A stretch of DNA of 64,000 nucleotides, from IMG/VR virus record IMGVR_UViG_3300027244_000003; one strand, 5' to 3'. Position numbers and translations under genes: made by a program. Of the stretch, positions 39,095 to 49,025 are shown piece by piece (within the stretch, counting starts at the first letter, position 1; each line of letters begins with the position of its first letter). This DNA is from a virus. The notes beneath the pieces were generated by a model, which saw nothing but the letters and a program-made list of their open reading frames with translations, was not told the DNA's origin and did no database searches.

Positions 39095-40384
39095 ATGTTA
39101 GACCGTAAACAATTAATGGAGAAATGGGCTCCAGTATTGAACCACGAAGGTTCAAGCCCAATCAAAGATAACTACCGTAAGGAAGTTACAGCAGTTCTTT
39201 TGGAAAACCAAGAACGTGAACAGTATAAGTACAATGAGCAAGTTGGCGCATTGAACGAAGCTGCTCCAACAAACAGCGTTGGTTCATATGGTGACACTGG
39301 CGGTATCGCTAAGTTTGATCCAGTATTGATCAGCTTGGTTCGTCGTGCAATGCCACAACTTATCGCTTATGATGTTGCTGGTGTTCAACCAATGACTCAG
39401 CCAACTGGCTTGATCTTCGCAATGAAGTCACGTTACAGCACTCAAGGTGGTACTGAAGCGTTGTTCAACGAAGCAGATACTGACTTCTCTGGTACTGGTG
39501 TTCACTCTGGTGCGTCAGTATTCGGTGGTGCTGACACTAATGGTACTGGTATGGCTACTTCTGCTGCAGAAGCCATGGGTACTTCTGGTGGTGGTACTTT
39601 CGGTGAGATGGCATTCAGCATCGAAAAGACTTCTGTAACTGCAAAGACTCGTGCTTTGAAGGCAGAATACTCTATTGAACTAGCACAAGACTTGAAATCA
39701 GTTCATGGTCTTGACGCTGAAGGCGAATTGAGCAACATTCTTTCTACAGAAATTCTTGCTGAAATCAATCGTGAAGTTATCCGTACAATCTACAACACTG
39801 CTAAACCAGGTGCTGCAGTTGGTACAGCTACTGCTGGTACTTTCGACTTGGACGTTGACTCTAATGGTCGTTGGTCTGTTGAAAAATTCAAAGGTCTAAT
39901 GTTCCAAATCGAACGTGAAGCCAATGCTATCGGTCAACAAACTCGTCGTGGTCGTGCGAACTTCCTCATCACTTCTGCTGACGTAGCGTCTGCATTGGCG
40001 ATGGCTGGTGTTCTTGACTATTCTTCTGGTATCACTGGTAAGAACGCATTGAATGTAGATGACACTTCTACTACTTTCGCTGGTGTTCTAAACGGCAAGT
40101 ACAAAGTGTATGTTGATCCATATACTTCAAACGTAAGCAACACTCAGTTCTTCGTTGCTGGTTACAAAGGCGCATCCGCTTTTGACGCTGGTTTGTTCTA
40201 TTGCCCATACGTTCCACTACAGTTGGTTCGTGCGGTTGATCCAAGCAGCTTCCAACCAAAGATTGGCTTCAAGACTCGTTACGGTCTAGTTGCTAACCCA
40301 TTCGTTTCATTGGATGGTACTGGTGGTTTGACTGCAAACGAAAACTACTACTATCGTCGTGTACGTGTTACTAACTTGATGTAA
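39095..40384 (+). CDS. gp23: Major capsid protein gp23
   Basis: LVRRAMP, GVQPM, RALKAEYSIELAQDLK, FYCPYVPL and IGFKTRYG motifs. Confidence 0.98.
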   Translation: MLDRKQLMEKWAPVLNHEGSSPIKDNYRKEVTAVLLENQEREQYKYNEQVGALNEAAPTNSVGSYGDTGGIAKFDPVLISLVRRAMPQLIAYDVAGVQPMTQPTGLIFAMKSRYSTQGGTEALFNEADTDFSGTGVHSGASVFGGADTNGTGMATSAAEAMGTSGGGTFGEMAFSIEKTSVTAKTRALKAEYSIELAQDLKSVHGLDAEGELSNILSTEILAEINREVIRTIYNTAKPGAAVGTATAGTFDLDVDSNGRWSVEKFKGLMFQIEREANAIGQQTRRGRANFLITSADVASALAMAGVLDYSSGITGKNALNVDDTSTTFAGVLNGKYKVYVDPYTSNVSNTQFFVAGYKGASAFDAGLFYCPYVPLQLVRAVDPSSFQPKIGFKTRYGLVANPFVSLDGTGGLTANENYYYRRVRVTNLM

Positions 40385-40424
40385 TCATCGAGTTGGCTAC
40401 TAAGCCGACATAGAAGCGGTATTT

Positions 40425-40454
40425 AAAAGGGGGACTTCGGTTCCCCTTTTTTTC
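40425..40454 (+). terminator. Intrinsic terminator after gp23
   Basis: AAAAGGGGGAC-TTCG-GTTCCCCTTTT plus T-run; C(UUCG)G tetraloop. Confidence 0.9.
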
Positions 40455-40469
40455 TTCCTAAATAATTAT

Positions 40470-40991
40470 ATGCCAAATACATCTATACCTGCCAATATCA
40501 ATCCATTGTCTCCCAATGGGTTTAAGTTTGCTGTCAACAAAATACCTGATGTCACATTCTTTGCACAGAATGTAAACCTTCCAGGAATCACGTTGGGTGA
40601 ACCTACATTTGCCACTCCATTCTCCACACAACCAGTTCCAGGTGATACTCTATCGTATGATCAATTAACCATTAACTTTATGGTTGATGAAAATATGACT
40701 AATTATAGAATCATCTACAATTGGATTGTTGCTCTTGGTTTCCCAGAAAGTTATGATCAGTATGTTACTGGTCAGGCAGGGGACACTACTGCATATGGTG
40801 AATTGGCAAAGAACTATTCTGATGCTGTTCTACAAATTTTAGACAGTTCAAATAATCCAATACAAAGTATCCAATTCTTTGATGTGTTTCCCACAACACT
40901 TGAATCTCTTTCGTTTGCATCTACAAACGATGATGTGAATTACCTAGTTGGTTCTGCAACATTTAAATTCGGTTGGTATAGATTCTTGTAA
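40470..40991 (+). CDS. gp3: Tail completion protein gp3
   Basis: LSPNGFKF, VNLPGI, FMVDENMTNY and YSDA motifs; CTAAATA at 40458-40464. Confidence 0.85.
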   Translation: MPNTSIPANINPLSPNGFKFAVNKIPDVTFFAQNVNLPGITLGEPTFATPFSTQPVPGDTLSYDQLTINFMVDENMTNYRIIYNWIVALGFPESYDQYVTGQAGDTTAYGELAKNYSDAVLQILDSSNNPIQSIQFFDVFPTTLESLSFASTNDDVNYLVGSATFKFGWYRFL

Positions 40992-40998
40992 GACAAAT

Positions 40999-41027
40999 TT
41001 GATTTTTTTGTAATACTGCGATATAAT
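40999..41027 (+). promoter_or_regulatory. sigma70-like promoter upstream of uvsY
   Basis: TTGATT-17 bp-TATAAT. Confidence 0.7.
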
Positions 41028-41052
41028 GTGCAGTATATAACTTGAGGATATT

Positions 41053-41490
41053 ATGAATATAGAACAACTACAAGAGATGTGGGATGTTGATTGCCAAATA
41101 GATGATAACTATCTTGGTGAAACCACTACCGCTACCCCCAAACTTCACGCTAAGTATTTAAAATTACTTGTCAATGTCAAACTAAAACACACTAAGTTTA
41201 GTTCTGATTGTAACATTCTCCGTAAAAATAAATTTCGTTTGTATCGTGGTGAACTATCACGTGACGAATTAACACAACTTGGTTGGGAACAATGGCAGGG
41301 TGTTAAACCATTGAAGAATGAGATGGATGAATTTCTCTCAGGTGACACCGAACTAAATACTTTGAAGGTAAAGATAGATTATCTCGAAACGATGATTTAT
41401 TTTCTTGAGTCAGTCCTTGGTCAAATTAAAGCAAGAGACTGGCAAATTAAAACTGCTGTTGAATGGAAGAAGTTTCTTGCTGGGATGTGA
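41053..41490 (+). CDS. uvsY: Recombination mediator UvsY
   Basis: W..D..ID, PKLHAKYL and IK.R.WQIKTAVEW motifs; gp3-uvsY-uvsW synteny. Confidence 0.85.
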   Translation: MNIEQLQEMWDVDCQIDDNYLGETTTATPKLHAKYLKLLVNVKLKHTKFSSDCNILRKNKFRLYRGELSRDELTQLGWEQWQGVKPLKNEMDEFLSGDTELNTLKVKIDYLETMIYFLESVLGQIKARDWQIKTAVEWKKFLAGM

Positions 41491-41492
41491 TA

Positions 41493-42056
41493 ATGAACTT
41501 TGTTAATATATTTCCTTCTATAATTGGGTATAATGTAGATAAGCAATTTACAGATAAAATTTTGCCATTTGCAAATGAATACCTTGCGCAAGAAACTAGA
41601 TTAACATATACCTGGAATTATAAAAACACATATGGTAATGATTATGCGATGCGAGATAATAATTTAAAATTTATAAAAAAACGCATATATGATATGTGTT
41701 CTGAATATTTACAATCTCAACACAAAGTTGTGCCAAAGTCTATCGTTATAGAGTTATTTTTTAGTGAAATGGATGTTAATGATCATCATGATGAACATTG
41801 TCATCCAAATTGTATTCTTTCTGGAATATTATATCTAAAAGTTCCTGATAATTCTGCTCCAATTATTTTTCATGATAGAAGTCCACACAGAGATTATGTG
41901 TATATTAAAAATATAGATGACACTGTAGATTTAACAAAATATACAGTACCGCCAAAAGATGGGTTGATGTTAATATGGCCATCGTGGATGCAACACCAAG
42001 TCCCTTTAAATAAGTCTAATAGTAGAATAACCTGCGTATTTAATGCAGTATGGTAA
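41493..42056 (+). CDS. 2OG-Fe(II) oxygenase-like protein
   Basis: HCHPNCILSGILY, WPSWMQHQV and RITCVFN motifs (HxH...H...R); likely start at ATG 41493. Confidence 0.8.
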   Translation: MNFVNIFPSIIGYNVDKQFTDKILPFANEYLAQETRLTYTWNYKNTYGNDYAMRDNNLKFIKKRIYDMCSEYLQSQHKVVPKSIVIELFFSEMDVNDHHDEHCHPNCILSGILYLKVPDNSAPIIFHDRSPHRDYVYIKNIDDTVDLTKYTVPPKDGLMLIWPSWMQHQVPLNKSNSRITCVFNAVW

Positions 42057-43540
42057 TGATTAAAATTGAAAAACTTGATGAAGTCTATGTTCGTGTCTTT
42101 TCTGATCCTAGCATTGAACAAGAATTAGTAGACTTCTTCACATACGAATATCCAGGTGCTAGATTTACACCACAATATCGAGCAAGATTGTGGGATGGTA
42201 AAGTGCGTTTGTATGATGCAGTAAGAAAAACTCTTTATGTTGGTCTTGTTTCTTATGTACAAGAATTTGCCGAAAGGAATAATTATGAACTACAATATGT
42301 CAAACCTGAACACTTCTTACAAAATGATATCGTATACAGTGACATTGAGCGATGGGTCGAAACACTCAATCCACAATCAAGAAACGAAGCGATCACAGTC
42401 AGAGACTACCAGTGCGATGCTATCCATAAAGCAATTGCTAGTGACAGAGTACTACTCTTATCGCCGACTGCTTCAGGGAAATCGTTAATAATCTATTCTA
42501 TCTTACGATGGCATTTAGAAAATAATCGTAAGTGTATCATTATAGTTCCAACAACATCTCTTGTTGAGCAACTGTACACAGACTTTGAAGATTACTCATC
42601 TGCAAATGGATGGGAAACAAAAGTTCATTGTCAAAAACTTTACAGCGGTTTCACTAAAGACTTTACCAAAGATGTTTTAGTAACAACTTGGCAATCAGTC
42701 TATCTACAACCAAAATCTTGGTTCAAACAATTCGATGTTATCTTTGGTGATGAGGCTCACCAATTTAAAGCCAAATCTCTTACAGGGGTTATGGAAAAGA
42801 TGGATACAGTCAAGTATCGTATTGGTACAACTGGAACACTTGACAATAAGAAAATTCATAAATTAGTTCTTGAAGGTGTCTTTGGTCCAATACATAGAGT
42901 CACTACAACTAAAGCACTCATGGATTCTGGAAGGTTGTCTACCCTAAATATAATGTGTGTAATACTGAAGTACAATGAAGAGATTCGTAAAGGGCGAAAA
43001 AACAATACGTACCAAGAAGAAATGGATTGGCTTGTATCTTGTGAACCAAGAAATAAGTTTATTCGAAACTTGGCAGTAAATTCTAAAGGTAATACGCTCG
43101 TTCTTTTTCAATACGTTGAAAAGCATGGCAAAGTCCTATACGAACTTATTAAAAATAAAGTGCATGATAAAAGAAAAGTTTTCTTTGTCTACGGTGGTAC
43201 TGAAACCACTGATCGAGAAGCAATCCGTCATATTACAGAGGGGGAAAGTGACGCCATTATCATTGCTTCTTTTGGTACTTTTAGTACTGGAATTAATATC
43301 CCATCATTGGAGAATGTAATTTTTGCGTCTCCATCTAAATCAAAGATTCGTAACCTGCAATCGATTGGTCGTGGGTTACGTTTAAAAGAAGGTAAGACTT
43401 CTTGTAATCTATTTGATCTTGCAGACGATCTTCATTGGAAGTCTTGGAAGAATCATACTTTAAATCATGCTGCAGAAAGATACAAAACGTATGCAGAAGA
43501 ACAATTTAAAACAAAAATAGTAGAGGTAGACTTATGCTAA
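42050..43540 (+). CDS. uvsW: DNA helicase UvsW
   Basis: WDGK, RDYQ, SPTASGKS, DEAH and QSIGRGLR motifs. Confidence 0.95.
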   Translation: MVMIKIEKLDEVYVRVFSDPSIEQELVDFFTYEYPGARFTPQYRARLWDGKVRLYDAVRKTLYVGLVSYVQEFAERNNYELQYVKPEHFLQNDIVYSDIERWVETLNPQSRNEAITVRDYQCDAIHKAIASDRVLLLSPTASGKSLIIYSILRWHLENNRKCIIIVPTTSLVEQLYTDFEDYSSANGWETKVHCQKLYSGFTKDFTKDVLVTTWQSVYLQPKSWFKQFDVIFGDEAHQFKAKSLTGVMEKMDTVKYRIGTTGTLDNKKIHKLVLEGVFGPIHRVTTTKALMDSGRLSTLNIMCVILKYNEEIRKGRKNNTYQEEMDWLVSCEPRNKFIRNLAVNSKGNTLVLFQYVEKHGKVLYELIKNKVHDKRKVFFVYGGTETTDREAIRHITEGESDAIIIASFGTFSTGINIPSLENVIFASPSKSKIRNLQSIGRGLRLKEGKTSCNLFDLADDLHWKSWKNHTLNHAAERYKTYAEEQFKTKIVEVDLC

Positions 43541-43986
43541 CAGACAAAGATGTCTATGTTGTTATAAAGTTAACCAATGGGGAACAGGTCATGGCTGTCC
43601 TCGAAGAAGAAGATGATAAGTATGTGCAACTTGGTAGTCCAATGACTATAAGAACTACACCAATAGTTGGTGAGGGGAGAGAACATATCACTGCGCATCC
43701 ATATTGCCAATTCACAGATGATACATCTTTTTCTATAGAAAAGAAAAACGTAATGTTTATCAAACGTCTACACGAAATGATGATCCCTCATTATAGACGT
43801 ATTGTTGCCCAACATAGCAATGATTGGCGAATCGAAAAGCCTGAACAGGAAGAACCATTTATTAGTTCTAGGGAAGCCAAGAAAAGAATCGCTATGTTGG
43901 TAGGTATAGCTGGAGAAGAAGAGGAAGAAGTTGAAGATACTTCGATACCAAGTACTTACATAGATGGTAACGAGACTAAACATTAG
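43534..43986 (+). CDS. Hypothetical protein (Sm-like N-terminal fold possible)
   Basis: VIKLTNGEQVMA pattern; conserved position between uvsW and gp55. Confidence 0.6.
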   Translation: MLTDKDVYVVIKLTNGEQVMAVLEEEDDKYVQLGSPMTIRTTPIVGEGREHITAHPYCQFTDDTSFSIEKKNVMFIKRLHEMMIPHYRRIVAQHSNDWRIEKPEQEEPFISSREAKKRIAMLVGIAGEEEEEVEDTSIPSTYIDGNETKH

Positions 43987-44009
43987 TAGTCATCAACCCT
44001 AACACAGTG

Positions 44010-44038
44010 ATTATGTCTCAAGTCAACTATAAAAGCAA
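44010..44038 (-). promoter_or_regulatory. Divergent (antisense) sigma70-like promoter
   Basis: On the minus strand: TTGCTT-17 bp-CATAAT. Confidence 0.45.
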
Positions 44039-44062
44039 ATCTAAATTGTAATAAAAATATAT

Positions 44063-44091
44063 TTGTCTTTCTGTCATCGATGATGTATACT
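44063..44091 (+). promoter_or_regulatory. sigma70-like promoter of gp55
   Basis: TTGTCT-17 bp-TATACT. Confidence 0.7.
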
Positions 44092-44126
44092 ATGTGTAGT
44101 TTGAATTAAAGGATAAAAGAAATGCT

Positions 44127-44762
44127 ATGGCTCACTACGTAAACAACGCAGATTTTCTCGCAGCAATTGTTGAGATGCGACAAAAATATCAACATGCAAA
44201 AGAAAACAATCTCCCAACACCCCAAGTAAGCAATTATATTGGTGAGTGCATTCTAAAGATAGCAACGCACTTATCATACAAACCTAACTTTCTAAACTAC
44301 TCTTATCGAGATGAAATGATCTCGGATGGTATAGAAAATTGTCTGCAATATATTAATAACTTTGATCCTGCAAAATCCAATAATCCTTTCGCATATTTTA
44401 CACAGATTATCTACTATGCATTTCTTCGTAGGATTGCCAAGGAAAAGAAACAGTCTTACATTAAAGGTAAGTTGATTCAGGACATGCCATTCGAGATGTT
44501 CGAGTTACAAGAGCAAGATGAGACAGGTGAATTTAAGAATGCTTATTTAGATTTTATGCAGAACAATCATACCTTTGATGACTTTATCGATCGTAAGAAA
44601 GAAAAGGTTGCAAAGAGAAAAATGGAAAATACGTTGAACGCATTTATAGATGATGAGGTAAAAGATGGAACGATCGATACAGGATTGGATAGCGGAATTG
44701 AGCAAGGGAGTGAGCAGTCGCAAGTTTCCTTCGATTCGGAGACGCAGAAGCAAAGTAAATAA
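44127..44762 (+). CDS. gp55: Late-transcription sigma factor gp55
   Basis: HYVNN, YSYRDEMISDGIEN and NPFAYFTQIIYYAFLRRI motifs. Confidence 0.95.
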   Translation: MAHYVNNADFLAAIVEMRQKYQHAKENNLPTPQVSNYIGECILKIATHLSYKPNFLNYSYRDEMISDGIENCLQYINNFDPAKSNNPFAYFTQIIYYAFLRRIAKEKKQSYIKGKLIQDMPFEMFELQEQDETGEFKNAYLDFMQNNHTFDDFIDRKKEKVAKRKMENTLNAFIDDEVKDGTIDTGLDSGIEQGSEQSQVSFDSETQKQSK

Positions 44763-45843
44763 AAGAACTATCAAGAAATTTGCTTGGGATTCAAGCGATA
44801 ATCAATTTGCATTGAATAAAATTATGAACGAAAATACAAACGAAAAAATCTTTCTCGGTGTTAGTGACTTTGATGACTTAATCACTTCAGAGATCCTGAA
44901 GCGTCGTGTTGAAGCTGGCCAACGTACTATTCATCGTGAAACCAGTGTTCTCTGCAATCGAGAACAGTGGGCTGAATGGGCAGAGGAAATGTTTAAAGAC
45001 GACCTCCATGTCCAAGGTAATTCCTCTAATGGTCTTATCATTGAACGTGATACAAACAATTACATTCGCTTTGATGTGAACAGTAATACTGTTTCTGTTC
45101 GTGCTTATGGTGATGCAGATTTTGCAGATGCTATTGTTGCGACAGTTGAATCTAACTTTGATATCGTAACATCTCACATCGAATGGGTTTATGGTAGCGA
45201 TGGTAACTCTGTCAATGTACCACTGAATCGTGATCGTCTCCCAGTCGATGAAATGTATCCATTTCTAGATGGTGAAACACTTGGTGATTATTATGAACGC
45301 TACATGGCGTCTTCAGCGAATATCCTACTGTTGATTGGTCCTCCAGGAACTGGCAAGACTACATTCATTCGTGGATTGTTAGCACATACAAACTCATCCG
45401 CAATCGTTTCATACGATTCTACGATTCTTGAGAAGGATGGTTTCTTTGCTCGCTTTATCGAGAGTGATGACAACGTAATGGTTCTTGAAGACTCTGATGC
45501 ATTTTTAAAATCTCGCACTGATGGAAACACCATGATGCATCGTTTCCTAAATGTGGGTGATGGTCTTGTTACAACCAAAGGTAAGAAGATGATCTTCTCT
45601 ACCAATCTCCCATCTATTCGTGATGTTGACTCTGCATTGGTTCGTCCAGGACGTTGCTTTGATATTCTAACTTTCGATACATTGAATGTTGAACAAGCAA
45701 ACAACCTTGCTAAACGTCTTGGTGTTAATTTGGCTGTTCGTAAACGTGGTGATGAAACAAAACCATATAGCATCGCTGAGGTCTTCAATCAAAAGACTGA
45801 AGGTATGTCAACTGCATCATCTAGAAGGGTTGGTTTTATCTAA
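44665..45843 (+). CDS. AAA+ ATPase (start either 44665 or 44824)
   Basis: GPPGTGKT, LEDSD, FSTN and DSALVRPGRCFD motifs. Confidence 0.85.
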   Translation: MERSIQDWIAELSKGVSSRKFPSIRRRRSKVNKRTIKKFAWDSSDNQFALNKIMNENTNEKIFLGVSDFDDLITSEILKRRVEAGQRTIHRETSVLCNREQWAEWAEEMFKDDLHVQGNSSNGLIIERDTNNYIRFDVNSNTVSVRAYGDADFADAIVATVESNFDIVTSHIEWVYGSDGNSVNVPLNRDRLPVDEMYPFLDGETLGDYYERYMASSANILLLIGPPGTGKTTFIRGLLAHTNSSAIVSYDSTILEKDGFFARFIESDDNVMVLEDSDAFLKSRTDGNTMMHRFLNVGDGLVTTKGKKMIFSTNLPSIRDVDSALVRPGRCFDILTFDTLNVEQANNLAKRLGVNLAVRKRGDETKPYSIAEVFNQKTEGMSTASSRRVGFI

Positions 45844-45983
45844 TGTATAAAGTAAGATATTACATGGCTGGGAGCAATCAAAGAGTATGTAAGATTTTTA
45901 AAACTCTTACAGAAGCTGTGGAGTTTTCTAATACCAAAGTGGGTATTAATGATGTATATGAGATCGTGAAAGTTGAAGAATGA
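45843..45983 (+). CDS. Small hypothetical protein (46 aa, not in ORF track)
   Basis: MYKVRYYMAG...VKVEE; TAATG and ATGA overlaps with both neighbours. Confidence 0.6.
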   Translation: MYKVRYYMAGSNQRVCKIFKTLTEAVEFSNTKVGINDVYEIVKVEE

Positions 45984-47035
45984 AAGTAGCAATTATTACA
46001 GACCAACACTTCGGTGCTCGTAATGATAGTATTACTTTTCTAGATTTCTATCAGAACTTTTATGATAATACTTTCTTTCCTACTATCGACTCAGCTGGTA
46101 TTGATACTGTTCTTATTCTTGGTGATACTTTTGATAGACGTAAATATGTAAATTTCTATTCTCTACAAAGAGCCAAAGAAATGTTCTTTGATAAATTAGA
46201 AGAACGTGGAATAACAGTTTATATGTTGGCTGGTAACCATGATACATACTACAAAAATACCAATGATGTAAACTCTCCAGATTTGTTACTGACACAATAC
46301 AATAATATTGAAGTGATAGACAGCCCCAAAACTATTAATCTAAATGGTTTTGATGTTTGTATGGTTCCATGGATTTGTGCAGAAAATTATGAAGAGTCTA
46401 TTGATGTTATGAAGAACACCCCAGCAACACTTTGCATGGGGCATTTTGAGATTGCAGGATTCGCAATGTATAGGGGAATGGAATCACATGAAGGACTTTC
46501 TAAAGAAACTTTCGATAAATTTGATATGGTATTCTCTGGGCATTATCACCATCGTTCTAATGATAACCACATTTATTATCTCGGAAATCCGTACGAACTT
46601 ACATGGCAAGACCATAACGATCCCAGAGGATTTCATCTGTTCGATCTCGAGAACAGACAACTTGGATTCATTCAAAATCCTTATACAATGTTCACGAGAA
46701 TCGAATACAACGACAAAGAAGTTGAACCAATCGACTTAACATCACTTGATCTAAATGGTAAGTATGTAAAGTTAATTGTTGTTAACAAAACTGACTACTA
46801 TAAATTTGACAAGTTCACGCAACTGTTGTATAATAAGGGTTGCGCAGACATTAAGATTATTGAAGATCTTTCTGAATTTCAAGAAGGCGAAATCAATGAA
46901 GACATCAACTTAGAAGATACAGTTTCTGTTCTCTCTAATTTTATTGATTCAATAGAAACTGATGTTGACAAAGAAAAAGTTAAATCATACATGCGAGGTT
47001 TATATACTGAAGCGATTAATATTGAGGTTGTTTGA
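45980..47035 (+). CDS. gp47: Recombination endonuclease subunit gp47 (Mre11/SbcD-like)
   Basis: TDQHFG, LGDTFD, GNHD and SGHYH motifs. Confidence 0.95.
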   Translation: MKVAIITDQHFGARNDSITFLDFYQNFYDNTFFPTIDSAGIDTVLILGDTFDRRKYVNFYSLQRAKEMFFDKLEERGITVYMLAGNHDTYYKNTNDVNSPDLLLTQYNNIEVIDSPKTINLNGFDVCMVPWICAENYEESIDVMKNTPATLCMGHFEIAGFAMYRGMESHEGLSKETFDKFDMVFSGHYHHRSNDNHIYYLGNPYELTWQDHNDPRGFHLFDLENRQLGFIQNPYTMFTRIEYNDKEVEPIDLTSLDLNGKYVKLIVVNKTDYYKFDKFTQLLYNKGCADIKIIEDLSEFQEGEINEDINLEDTVSVLSNFIDSIETDVDKEKVKSYMRGLYTEAINIEVV

Positions 47036-48753
47036 TGATTGTTTTTAAAAGTGTAAGTTGGAAGAATTTTTTATCTACTGGCAACTCATCGAACAAAGTT
47101 CTCCTAAACAAATCCCAAACTACTTTAATCATTGGTAAAAATGGTGAGGGTAAAAGCACAATCTTAGATGCATTGTGCTTTTCATTATTTGGAAAACCCT
47201 TTCGTAGTATTAACAAGGGGCAACTAGTAAACTCTATTAATGGTAAGGGTTGTTTAGTTGAGATAGAACTTTCTATCGGTACCAAAGACTACAAAATAGT
47301 ACGTGGAATAAAGCCAAACATCTTTGAAATCTGGTGTGATGGTATCATGTTAAATCAAGATGCTGCTTCTCGTGATTACCAGAAGGTACTAGAACAGCAA
47401 ATTCTTCGACTGAATTATAAGACATTCACTCAGGTAGTTATTCTCGGTTCTGCATCATTCGTTCCATTCATGCAGCTGACACCACTACAAAGAAGAGAAG
47501 TTATTGAGGATATTCTTGACATTAGAATTTTCTCTACAATGAATTCATTATTGAAAGAAAAGGCGCAGGAGACTAAAGATGCTATACTACGCATTGAGAG
47601 CGAAATTAAAAGCGCAAAGGACAAGGTTGAAAGCCAGCAAGCAATCATCAGAACTATCGCAGAAGCGAAGTCCAGTGCTATCGAAAGTATCGTATCAAAA
47701 ATATCTGCTAACAATGATGAGATTCTATCTGTCGAGGGGGAGATCGAATCTATCGTTTCGGAGATCACTGCTCTTCAAACAAGCATCGATGATAAAGAAA
47801 CTGTATCTGAAGACATTGACAAAGCCAAATCAATCCGTAGTAAGTTGCTCCAGAAAATCGAAACTTGCGAGCACAACACAGAGTTTTTTAGCGAACACGA
47901 TGTTTGTCCATCGTGTAGCCAAGATATCCCAGAGGAATACAAAGAAGGTATTATCAAGGATCTTAATTCGAAACTGTTGGACAATAACACAAAGATTGGT
48001 GAACTCGAAACCATTCTCACAAATCTCCAATCGAAACTATCGCAAATTAACGAAGTGGTTGGGCAAATTACAACCAAGAACATTGAGTTATCTACAAGGA
48101 ACTCTACTGTCACCTTACTTAACAAACAAATCAAAGAACTTGAAGCTGAGACCCAAAGGGTTAAATCTGACACAACTAATATCGATGAAGAGAAGGGTAA
48201 GTTAAAAGATCTCGCAACTAATGCTCTAGAAAAGATTAACAATAAAAATAGTTTAATGGATCAACGTAACTTAGAAGAAGTTGCTTCTGTTCTTCTTAAA
48301 GATACTGGTATCAAGACAGCAATCATACGTGAGTATCTTCCTGCAATGAACAAATTGATTAATAAATACCTACAAGCAATGGATGCATATATTCATTTCG
48401 AACTTGACGAATCGTTCAATGAATCTGTGAAGTCTCGCTATCGTGATGACTTTACATATGCAAGTTTCTCTGAAGGTGAAAAGATGCGTATCGATCTCGC
48501 TATCCTTTTCACATGGCGTCAGATTGCAAAGATGAAGAACAGTGTCAACACTAATCTTCTATTGCTTGATGAGATTTTTGATTCATCTCTTGACACTGCA
48601 GGAACTGATTACTTCCTCAACCTAATGAATCAGTTTGGTGACAATACAAACATCTTTGTAATCAGCCATAAAGGTGATCAACTCTTTGATAAGTTTAGGT
48701 CTGTAGTGAAGTTTGAGAAGCGCAATGACTTCTCAGTGATAGTCCCGAACTAA
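47032..48753 (+). CDS. gp46: Recombination endonuclease subunit gp46 (Rad50/SbcC-like)
   Basis: GKNGEGKS, CPSC hook, FSEGEK, LDEIFD and ISH motifs. Confidence 0.95.
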   Translation: MMIVFKSVSWKNFLSTGNSSNKVLLNKSQTTLIIGKNGEGKSTILDALCFSLFGKPFRSINKGQLVNSINGKGCLVEIELSIGTKDYKIVRGIKPNIFEIWCDGIMLNQDAASRDYQKVLEQQILRLNYKTFTQVVILGSASFVPFMQLTPLQRREVIEDILDIRIFSTMNSLLKEKAQETKDAILRIESEIKSAKDKVESQQAIIRTIAEAKSSAIESIVSKISANNDEILSVEGEIESIVSEITALQTSIDDKETVSEDIDKAKSIRSKLLQKIETCEHNTEFFSEHDVCPSCSQDIPEEYKEGIIKDLNSKLLDNNTKIGELETILTNLQSKLSQINEVVGQITTKNIELSTRNSTVTLLNKQIKELEAETQRVKSDTTNIDEEKGKLKDLATNALEKINNKNSLMDQRNLEEVASVLLKDTGIKTAIIREYLPAMNKLINKYLQAMDAYIHFELDESFNESVKSRYRDDFTYASFSEGEKMRIDLAILFTWRQIAKMKNSVNTNLLLLDEIFDSSLDTAGTDYFLNLMNQFGDNTNIFVISHKGDQLFDKFRSVVKFEKRNDFSVIVPN

Positions 48754-48840
48754 TCCCCTACGAGGAGTAGGGGAATGTAAGTTGTTGATTTTACAGGGTT
48801 TTTTCAGGGGCTTGTCTTTTATCTAAAACTGGTGCATAAT
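48754..48840 (+). promoter_or_regulatory. Early promoter module 1: palindrome + IHF site + sigma70 promoter
   Basis: TCCCCTAC-N5-GTAGGGGA (48754-48774); TAAGTTGTTGATT (48778-48790, reverse complement fits WATCAANNNNTTR); TTGTCT-17-CATAAT (48812-48840). Confidence 0.7.
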
Positions 48841-48865
48841 TCACTCTATTGAATCGGAGAAAATT

Positions 48866-49024
48866 ATGTGGAATGAATTTAGTGACTTTGAACTAGCCGA
48901 GTTGGCTGCAATGTATGGTCTTGAGGAAGAACTTGTGTTCTGCAATGACCTTTCCCTAGCGAATCGTACTCACATCGAGTCACGATTGACCGAAGTAGAA
49001 TACGATATGGCTTACGGAGAATAA
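48866..49024 (+). CDS. Small acidic hypothetical protein (52 aa, not in ORF track)
   Basis: GGAGA RBS; MWNEFSDFELAELAAMYG...; first gene after the promoter. Confidence 0.65.
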   Translation: MWNEFSDFELAELAAMYGLEEELVFCNDLSLANRTHIESRLTEVEYDMAYGE

Positions 49025-49025
49025 T

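Noticed and set aside
47579-48205. 208-aa alternative-frame ORF inside gp46 (and similar ones in 49402-49980)
   Set aside because: Fully nested in conserved genes with no RBS or recognisable motif
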